This document shows positions 11,833-24,569 of a stretch of DNA of 64,000 bases, one piece after another. Source of the stretch: Mobula hypostoma (taxonomy: Eukaryota); NCBI RefSeq assembly GCF_963921235.1, contig NC_086108.1, forward strand, positions 44,084,001 to 44,148,000, in the 5' to 3' direction. Below the pieces are notes generated by a model. It was not told the DNA's origin and ran no database searches. It saw only the letters and a list, made by a program, of their open reading frames with translations. Within the stretch, counting starts at the first letter, position 1; the number at the start of each line of letters is the position of its first letter. The position numbers and the translations under genes were made by a program.

Positions 11833-12954
11833 ATGGGTGCAGAAGACAGACGCCAGGTCCTGTTCCCAGGCCCCAGCTACACCGACCGGGAAATCATCCT
11901 GCAGCATTACAACTACACGGGCAAGCTGCCAGACGGGGAGGGGGACTCGCTGCGGGTCACGCCCATCCTCTTCATCGTGGTGTGCTGTTTCATCGTCTTG
12001 GAGAACCTGATGGTGCTGCTGGCCATCTGGCAGACCAAGAAGTTCCACCGCGCCATGTACTACTTCATTGGTAACCTGGCGCTCTCCGACCTGCTGGCTG
12101 GCGCCGCCTACACCGTTAACATCCTACTGTCAGGTTCCAACACCTTCCGCCTGTCCCTGGCGCAGTGGTTTATGCGGGAAGGCAGCATGTTCGTGGCACT
12201 GGCCGCCTCCGTGCTCAGCCTGCTGGCCATCGCCATCGAGCGGTACCTGACCATGATGAAGATGAAGCCGCACCACTCGGGAGGCAGCTCCCGCGTCTTC
12301 CTGCTCATCAGCGGCTGCTGGCTGCTCTCGCTGCTGCTGGGCGGCTTGCCCATTATGGGCTGGAACTGCCTGCGAGGCTTCCCGCACTGCTCCACGGTGC
12401 TGCCACTGTACCACAAGCATTACATCCTCTTCTGCACCAGCGTCTTCAGCCTCATCCTGCTCGCCATCGTGCTGCTCTACGCCCGCATCTACATGCTGGT
12501 GCGGTCGCGGGCGCGCCGCCTGGCCTTCAACCGCTACTCGGTGCGCCCGAACCGGCACGACGAGAAGGCGCTGGCTCTGCTCAAGACGGTGATCATCGTG
12601 CTGAGCTGCTTCATCGCCTGCTGGTCGCCGCTCTTTGTGCTGCTGCTCCTCGACGTGGCCTGTGAAGTGAGGGGCTGCCAGGTGCTCTACCGGGCCGAGT
12701 GGTTCCTGGCGCTGGCCGTGCTCAACTCGGCCATGAATCCCATTATCTACACGCTGACCAACCGGGAGATGAGGCACGCCTTCGTCCGGCTGCTCTGCTG
12801 CGTCTCCTGCCGTCACAGGCTGGCAAGGGCGGCGACGGGTGCCCTGCCCGAGTTCAGCCGCAGCAAGTCTGACAACTCATCGCACCAGCACAAGGATGAG
12901 TGTGGCACCCCCGAGACCCTGATGTCTTCGGGCAACATCAACTCCTCGGCGTGA
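11833..12954 (+). CDS. S1PR1: Sphingosine-1-phosphate receptor 1 (class A GPCR), intronless CDS, 373 aa
   Basis: Seven-TM ORF with EDG-family hallmarks: [52 protein letters not shown]. The C-tail [12 protein letters not shown]...[13 protein letters not shown] is S1PR1-type. Kozak context gcgATGg. Confidence 0.95.
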   Translation: MGAEDRRQVLFPGPSYTDREIILQHYNYTGKLPDGEGDSLRVTPILFIVVCCFIVLENLMVLLAIWQTKKFHRAMYYFIGNLALSDLLAGAAYTVNILLSGSNTFRLSLAQWFMREGSMFVALAASVLSLLAIAIERYLTMMKMKPHHSGGSSRVFLLISGCWLLSLLLGGLPIMGWNCLRGFPHCSTVLPLYHKHYILFCTSVFSLILLAIVLLYARIYMLVRSRARRLAFNRYSVRPNRHDEKALALLKTVIIVLSCFIACWSPLFVLLLLDVACEVRGCQVLYRAEWFLALAVLNSAMNPIIYTLTNREMRHAFVRLLCCVSCRHRLARAATGALPEFSRSKSDNSSHQHKDECGTPETLMSSGNINSSA

Positions 12955-14529
12955 CGCGGGCTCCCTGGTGGAGTGAAGGGGGTCACCACTCTTCCAGCGA
13001 TCGAGGCGGCAGCATTCCCACGTGTGACAATGTGACTATCAACCTCGAGACAAGACGTGGCCCGGCTGGGTACTGCAGGGCAGGAGTGGGCTAAACCCAG
13101 CTGAATTCACTCAACAGAGTGTCAGTGCAAACTCTTTAAAATGCATGGACACCATAGCTCTGGACTGTTAAAAAGAGGCAAATGCATTTAAAGACGAAAC
13201 AAATGTGGCAATAAAGACTTGATTAAGTGTCGAGAATCGTGACCCCTGTGGCCTTATGTGGCTTTTTGGGGGAGCGGCAGAGATTTTTGGAGCTTCGGGA
13301 ACGATTGAGTTTATGGAGTACACTTTGTGGAAGGATGGGCAAGTTCCCAGACACTCTGCTACTTTTGTGACTTTACTGACACTGTTACTTTACTAAGAGA
13401 CTGAAGATTTTAGAGAAACATCAGGCATTAAATTCTTGTCTACAATTAGTATTAAAACATTGTATAAACTGTGTAATGTAAAATAAGATAAAGAGAATAT
13501 AGTGCTAAAATCTTGAAAGTTAGATTTGTTACTAATGGGCCTCAATTGTATCATTTTGAATGTATCTGGATAGTGTCATTCCATCCTGTGTGAACTTAAC
13601 CTTGGATTGTTAATTTATTAACATTTGTGAAACATAATTAGTAGTTCTCCAGATTTATTTGAAAAGAATGATTATGAATATTTAGGTATTTGCTCAAACA
13701 ACAAAAAACTGTCTAAATTATTGAATGTGTAATTAGGAGTTGACACAAAGTATTCAGAATGTCATGACTCGTTCAATCAGAACATTGCGATGTTCTGAAC
13801 ACACTGTGAGAAAGGCACTGAATATTTGTAAATATATATACCTTTAAATTCAAAAGATGTTTCAAGATTTCATCAATTTCAATGCACCTTTTTGATAGCA
13901 GAAACGCTACCAATCAAGTATTCACTTATATATATATATACATACATGAAGCTGGGAAGTAGTGAAACCAATAAGTTTCCTTTAACTGATAAAGTCAGTT
14001 GGAAAACCAAGATGATTGAAATCATGTATTACAGTACATGATTATAAGACACCTACTGTAAGACATGTAAAACACATTGTTTCTTGATTATAACACATTG
14101 TTTTCTCAGAAAGAGAAAATTCATTTTCTTAAGTAATTGAGATTAAGTTCTGAAAATGTCATGGGAATTAATTGCTTTAACAATTTCACATTTTTATCTT
14201 CAATGAAATATCTCACAATTTTCCATTTCTCAAACCTTCTCAAGTCCAGCAAACATCCAAGATCCACACACTGTGTTTATGATTCTTATGGATCATAGGA
14301 CACAGCACTGAGGGACTGCCAGACAACTCTTCATGGCTGAGTCAGTCTATGGAATTAAAGCCAGGTATTTCCTGTGAGTCCTCCAAATCCTTCACCCCAA
14401 CCTTGGTGGTTATGTCCTCAGCCATCCACACCCTAAACTTTAGACTAACTTCCCCAAATCCCTCCATCTGATTTAAACACTCATCAAACCCCACCAAGTT
14501 ACTGTTCTTTTGTTTTGCCATGAACGGTA

Positions 14530-15035
14530 TGTTGTTGGCAGAAAAAGCTGGAAATACTCAGCCTGTCACACCTCATTTGTTGGAAGAGGAACAGAATTGA
14601 TGTTCAGTTTGAAGAACCTTTGTCAGAACCGGGAAGGAAATGAAGCTCATAGGGATGCAGAGAGAATGGTGGAGGGGCGTCTATGAAAGGGTAAACAGCT
14701 GATCACAAGGATAAACTGTGAACAGGTTATGGAGTGAATGGGAGCAGTGAGATTGTAAGAACATGGGGATTGCAAAATGCGGAGTAGGAAGACATTCCTG
14801 AGAGGGCAGGCTGGGAATGTCTTCCCTGCTCAGGGTGTAAAAGAAAATAAACACGCTGAGCCAGCTTTACAGACAGACAACTTATACGGATGCAATTCAA
14901 GTTATGGTTTGGGAGAAATACTTTAAGATTGAAGACCCTTGGTTAGAATGGACAAAGGGTCTCCAACCTGAATTGTAACCTCTGTTCCTCTCAAAAGGTG
15001 TTGCCTGACCTGCTGAATGATTCCAACATTTTCTA
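14530..15035. mobile_element. Old PLE remnant with inverted termini
   Basis: Diverged gctggaaatactcagc... at the left end and ...gcctgacctgctgaatgattccaacatttt at the right end. Confidence 0.5.
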
Positions 15036-16389
15036 GGGTCTTAATATGTTGATATGAGTTAAGGCTCTAAAGCTCCAGTAGTGACCATGAGAGATTGATA
15101 TTCAGGACGGCACATAGAGCAACTGTGAAGGAGTCGACACACACCACGTATTTTCATCGGTGTGACATGGTTTTAGTTTTGCCTCAGCTGAGGGGAGTTA
15201 CTTTTCTAAGAGCATAGTGATTACAAATAAACCTCCAACTGCATTTGGCTTGCAACTCTCTATGGTTTTATTACCTGAAGGGATCTCTACATTAATGGAA
15301 AATATAATCCGGTGGAGAAACATTTCGCCTTCAGTGGAGAGAGAATGTGCAATATGGATAGACAGTGTGCAAAGAACCATACTGTAAGTATGAAGGCAAA
15401 AAGATGGCCCCAGAACATATGGTTTGATTTCTGTGCAAAGAAATCAAAATTTATTTCTGTCAAGCAGGGATTAAGTATTTAGGAGAGTGGTCCTTCAGCC
15501 TGTTTGAACTGCAATTTAATACAGGAAGTAGAACCGGGGATTTTTTATACTGAATTGCTTATTGTTAAAGCTCATACCAGTAGAGACATTAATAAATGTA
15601 AAAGGGACTTGGATGCAGTGAAATAGAGCTGAACACGTACTGTATGTTGTTTAACATTAAGTCTGAGTGGCCAGGACAGACAGTGTAGCTTCAGTTAACA
15701 AGTTTCAATTTTTTTGCAGCAGGGAAGGTGATAATTGTTGAACACAATAAGAAGGGATATAAAGAAGAAACTACTTGCAGTCTGAGTGAGCTTGAAGAAC
15801 CATGCATTTAAACTCTGGCTCCAAGTCTTGCAAACAACAAAATGTGCAAAATTAAAAATTAGCCCAGCAGGGACACAGACCGACAAGTAGAGTATCAGCT
15901 ACCTTGTGGGTTTGAAATAAGGATTTAATTTGTAAGTGAATTTGTAAATGCTGAACAAAGTCCCAATCAAACATAGAAATCAGAAATACAGGAAATATTC
16001 AAGTACATCCATGGATAGAGGAATTGGGCAATGTTTCATAATGACTTTTTGCCACTCAGTCTGAATCTCTGTCATCTTGTTGTCTTGAATAGAGTTACTG
16101 ATTTCAATAATGTTCCATGATTCTATTACAATGATTTATTCCATAGAATTCATAGAGAAAATCATATGAATTACCTTTTGTTAAGTTTATTCACTGTTCC
16201 AAGAACTCTATGAAGCTCCCTCGTTTCCCTTTGTTACTTTCTTGTAACACTGAAATACTCATTTGTCCATTTATTACCTATTGGTTTGGCTACCTTTACA
16301 GCTGTGCCAGCCCCAAATATCTTTGATCCGGAAACAGTACATCAGATGCAGTCTGACAAGTACACTGTACCGATTGAGAAAAGGAGTAC

Positions 16390-16960
16390 CCTAGGTGTAG
16401 GGTTCAAACCTCCCGTCATCCTTGCCCACTATCTATTTCTGAGGCCTTCCATGCACATAAGAGACACCTCAAGACGCTGGAAGGATGCAACCGATCCTAT
16501 TTGTGTAAAATCCGCCATATTATCTGACGAGATCATTAATCCGACATCACTGCCCTCTTCCAGGTGAACGTCCATAATATCGACAGCCTGATTTCACTCT
16601 GACAGCTCCATTGGACTGACCATACCATTCGCATGCCCAACACCAAACTCCTTAGACACTTTATTCCAACTCTGGCGAAGGAAGTGTTGATCACACGTTC
16701 AGGGAAAAGGTTCAAGGATGTGCCCAAGATATCCTTGAAAAATAAAGACTCCCAAGAAACCCTTGCCCAGCACTGCTTAAAGTTGAGAAGAAGCATTCCA
16801 GATGGTATTGAGAACATTGGGTCCATGCACCGGAAAAACACAGAGGTCCACTGTAAGTGGCGGAAGTAGCACACCATGTTACAACTTATACACTTGCCAC
16901 CCAGTCTCGGCAATCACTGTAGTAGTTTACATTTCCTACAAGTGCCTCATCAGTTAACTC
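16390..16960 (+). mobile_element. Degenerate RTE-clade LINE 3' fragment
   Basis: ...HWTDHTIRMPNTKL...GKRFKDVPKISLK resembles the RTE C-terminal RWxGHxxRM...KRFKD motif. Confidence 0.55.
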
Positions 16961-19900
16961 AGAACTCACTGAAACAAATCATTTTCCAAGGAACTATCCA
17001 AAATATAAGAAGAAGACAAGGACATTCTGATTTGCACTTGCATGTCTCCTGTTGTATAGTAAGAGTAAATAAATAAAAACATCATGAAAATGGGATCATC
17101 TAAGAAACCATTAACATCAAACTGGAAGGAAGTCATTTTGAGGACTGGGTGATAACAATGTGAAAACGTTATTTTCCTTGAGAGTTTATTCTAAAACCAT
17201 TAATAGCATTGTGGATTTTGTTCCCTGAAGAAAGCACATTTACTGGAATTTCATGTAATCCATCTCTTCTATCTAGAGAAGATAGTTATTATTCTTCTCT
17301 ATTGAATTACTACAGAACTGGTGTGCATATGTGAGATAGGGAATTCCCTTGGTTTTATTCACTAACAATACAATGAAAAAAACATTACATGTCAGGAAGG
17401 CACATAAGTTGTGAGAAGAAATTGGAAGTGATAACATTCCCATTGTACTATGGCTTGTCTCTCGCAGGAAGATCAGCTATGAAACTAAGTTCAGTGAGTT
17501 GGCAGATATTGTATTCATGAAGTACTGAAGGAGAAGGGGGGTTGAAATGGAGTGTAATAAGTTAGACAAAATTTTAAAAAAACTAAACAAAATAAAAGAT
17601 GTTGAATAGGCAAAACTATATAAGAATACATTTTCAAGAGGAGCTTATAAAAAACAACTTTGATTGGATATCTGGTTTTCTTTGGATGGAGGAGGACAGT
17701 CTTATTTAGTACATGTCTTATCAAGGCAGATTGGGATGTATTTTTGGATAACCCTCTACATTTTTCTTAAAATGTCTTCAGTCATCTAACTTATTGGCTT
17801 GACTTTTGTGCCGAGTGACAAGTTCCCTGCTCTTACTTGTACAGATCAACTGATTACAGTGTGCCAGTTCCATGGTCTCCATGGTTGTTTTGGCAGATGG
17901 GAACAGGGGGCACAGAACGAGTCCTTGTCATAAAAATACCAAACCAGTACTGTCACAGGACCAAGATGTTGATTAAAGATTAAAGTCTGTCACAAGTCTT
18001 GTGGCCCATCAGGCCGGTGCTTATGCCGGTTTCCCATGACCAATATGTGCCCTTTGCTTAACCAGCCACAAAACCTATCAAAATCCATGAATATTTCAAA
18101 ACACTCCTGACATATAAAAACATTTCAAAGTTATTGAATAGAAACATTACAAACAACTTTTACTGCTAAAAAACCATTAAATGGTCTTAAAATAATATCA
18201 TTAAACTAAATTAACTAAGTCAAAATGTAAATTACCTGACATGTACTTTAATTCCAAATGACTGTACCTTCCCTAAGAAATCAATGGACACTGCTCCTGT
18301 GTCAGATCCAAACTGGTGTGTAAATTCTTAGGGTGAATGCTGAGGAAATGTCACAAATTCACACTCCACAACTGACTTCCATGAAGACTTCTACTTCAGA
18401 GCGCCATCAACACGTTGTTGGTGGCCAATTGCCAGCAAGTTCGAAATTTACACCTCTGGAGACACCAACACTGAAATCTCAAGTAAGGTGCATATACAAG
18501 AGAAAGTATTGATTGTTCCATGCAGAATTTCCTTTTAAATTCCTGGCTAAGGTAACTTCAATCCATAAATATCTCCGATTCATCATGGTTTATGCCACTG
18601 AATTTACTATGATAGCTGTTTATGCAATCACACGTACTGAAGTTGAAGAGTCAGGTATTCACAGATCTAATGAACACCTATCACTACATCAGAATCTGAT
18701 AACGCAACACAATCTAGATTGTACTGTATTCAGACACTTTGGGTCAAACACTTTAAAAGGAAGTATGGCTGGAAGTTTACTGTATATGTAAGTTAATTTC
18801 TTTCCTTTGGGGGTGGTGGGGTAGAGGCATGTCTCCGGTCGGACATGTCACAAGAATGGTTTGTGTGGATGTCAGTACAATACCATTCTGTTGAAAAATG
18901 TTTCTAGTACAGACCAATCAGAATAACAGCACAGAAATGGCCCCTTACAGCTCACCTCATCCATGGCAACCATGATGGCTATTTATGCCATCATGTCCAA
19001 GTAGCCATCCAGATGCCTTTGAAACATTGTATTTGTATCTGATCCCACCACCTTCACTGGCAGCTCATCCCAGATATTCAACACACTCGGTGTGAAAAAC
19101 TAACCCCTCAGATCTCCTGTAAATTTCCCCTGTCTTCCTGTACACCTGTGCCCTCTAGTTCTAGATACCCCTTGCCCTGGGGAAAAAAAGACTCTATTTA
19201 CCCTATCAATATTCCTCATAATTTTAAAAACTTTTATAAATCCACAGGCTTCTACATCCCATTGAGCATCATCTCAGTTTCTCTCCTGTCCTGGGGAATC
19301 TCCTTTGCACTCTATATTGCTACTCCATCCTTTCTGTAATGTGGCAAACAGAACTGTACCCATGTGCAGACTTATCAATGTTTTGTACAACTGCAAAAAG
19401 AGTCCCAATTTTTATACTCTAATGTGTCACAGAACCACAATCAGCTTTTGTTACACCTAAACTTCCTAAACTAGACTTAAATCATTGATAGAAAGCAAAT
19501 ATGGAAGAAAAGAGAGAATTTGTAGTAGAATGAATTAGAGATGTTTTCCACCATTTAATCCCTAAAGCTTCACTCTGCAGCTACAGTAATTCTATGCGCC
19601 CTTACGACAACTCTGATCCAGTCTTTCTCGGATCAGCATGACTTTTCCTACAAGTCACGTGAACATTGCATGCTAATGTGACAGAGTAAAATTTAGTGAG
19701 GTTTGGCTCTGATCCTGGCAATGAGACAGAAATGGTACTTTTTAGCATGTTTGTCATTCGAGTTTTAATTCATGGAAATTGATTAATAATGGATCTATTC
19801 TAATTCATATTGATAGGCAGCTGTCAGTAATAATCTATTACTATTATTGTGCCATCTAGGTGGCCAGCAAACGTCAAGGCCATTGTTAGCATTATGTTTT

Positions 19901-22822
19901 AACTTCTCAAATGATTAACATCTTCATATCATTTCATTTGGAACAAAAGATCCAAGTTGAAAGTTGAAAAGTAAAAGTCCAAGTTAAAAGTTCAAAGCTG
20001 AGGGGATACATTAGTAGGTGCAAACATTAAGCTGTATGCAAATATTTATTAGAGTGAAACACTTTAGCAAAAATAAACTATATCTTCGAATTTATTGAAG
20101 TGGAAGTGTCACTGATTCTGTTATTGTGCTCAGATAAACACTCAAAGGTCGGAGACAGCAGAGCATTAGAACCAAATTTGCCCTGTACTTGCTCAACATA
20201 GACAGAGGTCCTTCGGCTCAATGAGTCCGCACTGAGCACAGGGCTCAGTCCGTTTTGCTCTTAATCTTCCAATCCCCACCTCTGCAGGTACCTATCCAGT
20301 GCTTCATAAATAATACTTTTATTCCTGGCTCAACCACTTCCTCTGTAAGTTCAGTCCATGTAATCACCACCCTCTGCGTGAAGAAGTTGCCCTCAGGTCC
20401 CTTTTTACATTTTTCCCCTCTTATCCTACTTAGTCTGTCATGTCTCTGCTAACTTTCATAAAGAAAACTACGCAATAAATGCCAGCCCAGGTGTTCACAG
20501 GTAGCTTCATCTGTTCCGTGTAGACTGATTGTGCCTTGGTCTGAGAAATGAGTTCAGTTCACCTAACAGTGCATCATCAAGGTAGGTCGCTGCAAATGTC
20601 ATGAAAGTTTGCTTATGATACTGAAAAGAGGAACAGTGGAACTTCAAAGTGTTGTTAATTTAATCTCAAAACAATTTCTATAATAAGGCAATATGTTGTT
20701 CCCTTTATCTGTGATTTTACTTTCAGAGTGTAGAATGTAATCTCCTCAGTCCCGTACAGCGTGCATTTTGTTGAATACCGTAATATGACCAGCAGATGGG
20801 GCTGTTGGCACAAAACACATTTCCTGGATCCTAACTAATTGACTCACAGATCGTCATTTTTTATAATTGTTTATGTTCAATTTACTATCTGATTGCATTT
20901 AATGCTCAGTGTGATAATTCTTTAACTCATTATGTTGCAAATGGGTATCTCTGAGGACTGAAGTGACACTCATGGACCAAGAGACTAAGTGAAGCGACGC
21001 ACACAAAAGTGGATTTCTGTGCATCGGGGAAGGTGTAAAGGCCAGTTGGGTGTGATGACGGATAAAAAGCAGAGAATTAGTCACAATGCACGTGAAACAT
21101 GAATGCTTTAATCAGCCTCAAGTCTCTCATCCATCACAGAACGTGGGTGAGTCATTCACTGCAGATGATTACAATGTCAGCATAGAGCAAAGAATTAAAC
21201 AGACCCATTCACTTGATCAGTACGCTCCTGCATACATTAATGAGGAAGGAGACAGAAATGTAAATTGCCTTTTCGCCCTCTGCTGTTATCTAAACCCACT
21301 GATTCACACAATTTTTGCTATTCAGGCAAAATGATGACATGTGAGTCTATTTTAAATGTTTCCTTTATAATGAAGAGGTTTTTAACCTCTACAATGAGTA
21401 GAAAATGATGTTACATCTGAGTGTAACCAAGCTAAACGTCTAACCAGAGCATCAGTTTGTCAAAAGTGACTTCAGTAGTCACTCTTTCCCCCAGACAAGT
21501 ACCCAGCCAATCTCTGCCACCAGGTCTTGGTATCTTTAAAGCACAACCTATTGTTAGCCAGAGTTGCAGATTTCACTAGCTCTCCTCTCTCAGTGTGGGA
21601 GTGAACCCTTTGCTCAAGGGGAATTCCTGATTTATCATGGGATCAGGAATTTCTACCTGAAATGCAGGAAGAGGAGTTGGAATAAAGTAGTATCATTAAA
21701 GGCAATCAGAAGTCAGGGCAAAAATTTATTCCAGGAAACTACCAAATGCTACTGGCAGACTGAAAGAAGACAATGCAGTTACATTAAGGGATATTAAGTT
21801 ATTACAAAACAGCGGTAAAATAGTAGCAGGTGTTGTGGAAATATTCCAGGTTATTGGGAATACCTCTATTATTCAGATTGGATATTCAATATTCCCAAAA
21901 CATTTATATACAGTGTTTACCGGACTGAAGCACAGATAATCTTCACCCTATTCAGTTCACATCCCCATTCCATTGCCTCATTCATTCTACATTACCACTC
22001 TTCACTCTCTGTAAATATTCTCTCTTCATACTCTGAACAAAGCTGATCTCTTCGGTCCCAGTAGGCACTGTCACTCTTCTCTCCACACCCCTGTTTCACA
22101 CTGTCCTCCCTCTCAGCCGCCACTGTCACTCCCGCCCTCACACCCTCGTTCACACTGTCAGCTTCCTCATTCCCTGTTCACACCATCTCTCTTCACTCAC
22201 CAGTCACTTCTATCTGCTCCCTCACAATTCCCACTGCTGTGTTTCTCTCCTCACTCTCATCCCACTGACACTCACCTCTCAACCCACAGAACATGCATAA
22301 CTTCTGCTTATTGCAAGTAAGTCAACAACGTTTTTCATCTTTCCAAACCTGAAGTTTGGTTCTACAGCTGGTGAGCTGCTTTAAAGCATTTACTTCTGAT
22401 TCATCCTGAACTTTTGCATTCTCCTCTGTTTCCTTCAGTGTAAACAATCCTTGTCTTTTCGATGTCCCCTCATAGTTTAAAAGGTTCTGGTCTGAGTATT
22501 TGGTTTACATACACGTCATATGTAGCCCTGGGTTTCCTTCTCCTGTGGGCATACTCAGCAAATCAATAGTGCCTAGCAACTTTAATAACCCATAAGAAAT
22601 CGATCAGTTTAGGGTGCTGATTGAATCGCTGATGGGTGGCAGCATATTCGACATCACACAACTTAAGGCCAAAGAGAACCAGACATAACACAATATTTTG
22701 GATCATTTCTTTGAGATGCTGCTGTGTTGACCTCCATTTATTGGATGAATTGCAGATGATGTTGAACTAGTTCAAGTTAACAATGATCAACATGAAAGTT
22801 TTGGCTCAACTCTAACTAGCTC

Positions 22823-24118
22823 ATTATGTTCTGATAGACAACTTAAATGAGGAAATTCAGAAAGCCTCTGGAACATTGACAAACTTATTTCACATGTTTA
22901 AAACCACAGACTGCGGACCTTTAACACAATGCTCTCTGCCCTTCAAAACCATTTTATTTTGCTGCTGTAAACATTCCCTCTGCTCGTCAAGGATCAACTT
23001 TATCATGGCAAGAATCAACTTTATTCACCATCTACATTTACAGGTTTTAGGAAATTGCTGTGCTGTGCTGGTGCTACATACAACAAAAAAACAAATCAAC
23101 AATTATATAGAATAACAAATTAAATTGTATAAAAATAAGGTTAGAATTACAGATATGGAATAAAATGTGCATAAATATATAAATACCAGCATCTATTTAC
23201 AGTTTCAAGATCTCTGGAGATCTAACCTGATCCCAACATATCGATGTAGTTATAAAGAAGGCAAGACAGTGGCTATACTTCATTAGGAGTTTGAAGAGAT
23301 TTGGCATGTCAACAAATACACTCAAAAACTTCTATAGATGTACTGTGGAGAGTATTCTGACAGGCTGCATCACTGTCTAGTATGGGGGGGGGGAAGGGTG
23401 GGAGGGCTACTGCACAGGACCGAAAGAAGCTGCAGAAGGTTGAAAATCTAGTCAGCTCTATTTTGGGCACTAGACTACAAAGTACCCAGGACATCTTCAG
23501 GGAGTGGTGTCTGAAGGCACACACTCAGCAATTCAGGAACAGCTTCTTCCCCTCTGCCATCCGATTCCTAAACAGACACTGAACTGGTGAACACTACCTC
23601 ACTTTTTTAATATACAATTTATCTCAGTTTTTTGCACGATTTTATTCTATTCAATATACGTATACTATAATTGGCTGACTTATTTATTATTTTTTTCCTC
23701 TTCTTCTATATTATGTATTGCATTGAACCGCTGCTGCTAAGTTAACAAATTTCATGACACGTGCCAGTGATAATAAACCTGATTCTGATGTAAACAGCAT
23801 TATAAAGAGTGAGTGAAAGTGTTTACAGTGCCGTGCAGTGACTGAGTTAATAGTTTGTTGTATGTAACACCAACACACCACAGCAACTGTAAATGTAGAT
23901 GGTGAATAAAGGTGGTTCTTGCCATGATAAAGTTGATCCTTGACGAGCAGAGGGAATGTTTACAGCAGCAAAATAAAATGGTGAGAACACAGGTTTGAAG
24001 GGCAGAGAGCATTGTGTTAAAGGTCCACAGACTGTGGTTTTAGACATGTGAAGTAAGTTTGTCAATGTTCCGGGGGCTTTCTGAATTTCCTCATTTAAGT
24101 TGTCTATCAGGACATAAT
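22823..24118. repeat. Inverted duplication, arms 22823-23087 and 23854-24118
   Basis: Arms are reverse-complementary. ORFs 22876+ and 24065-/24012- give near-identical translations (MTNLxHMxKTTxCGPLTQCSLPFK; ILFCCCKHSLCSSRINFIMAR). Confidence 0.92.
23202..23789 (+). mobile_element. Rex1/Babar-type LINE 3' fragment inside the inverted-repeat spacer
   Basis: KKARQWLYFIRSLKRFG...NFYRCTVESILTGCIT. Tail aataaacctgattctgat. Confidence 0.85.
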
Positions 24119-24569
24119 AGAGGGGGTGGTGTGGGGTAACTAGAATGGTTGATCAGATTACTTGCCTGTGGGTAGAACATTTTGACTTCTTTCCATAGAT
24201 GTGCCTTGGGTTCTCCAGCATTTTCTTCTTTTTAATTATTTGGCTAATAACAAAAACAACAACATTTAACAATAATGTAAAATAGGCAATGAATGTGTTG
24301 ATGGAATGTTTATGGACTGACTGTGAAGCCTTCTCCAAACATTGTTGCAACCCAAAGAGCAGTTGACCATCCAATGCTATAGTAAAGGAGGTAAAAAATC
24401 TTTGAACGGCAGCTAACCTTTTGCAACCAATGCTCCAAATGTGATAGCTGCTTTTGTTTAACCCAAGCAAGTGTGCAATGTTTCAGAAAGTTCCTTGGAG
24501 TAATGTAGAAGAGTAAAGATTTGCTGGTTGGAGCTCATCAACTAGCCCCTATCTAAACACAGGTCAAAG

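Noticed and set aside
12068..12816. Long alternative-frame and antisense ORFs over S1PR1 (228, 166 and 102 aa)
   Set aside because: Shadow ORFs expected from extreme GC3 bias. No recognisable protein features.
13779..13796. Glucocorticoid response element AGAACA...TGTTCT
   Set aside because: The spacer is 6 nt rather than the required 3.
18332..18482. Exon-like open segment (ag|...|gtaagg; VNAEEMSQIHTPQ...)
   Set aside because: Weak pyrimidine tract, no recognisable homology and no partner exons. Compatible with chance.
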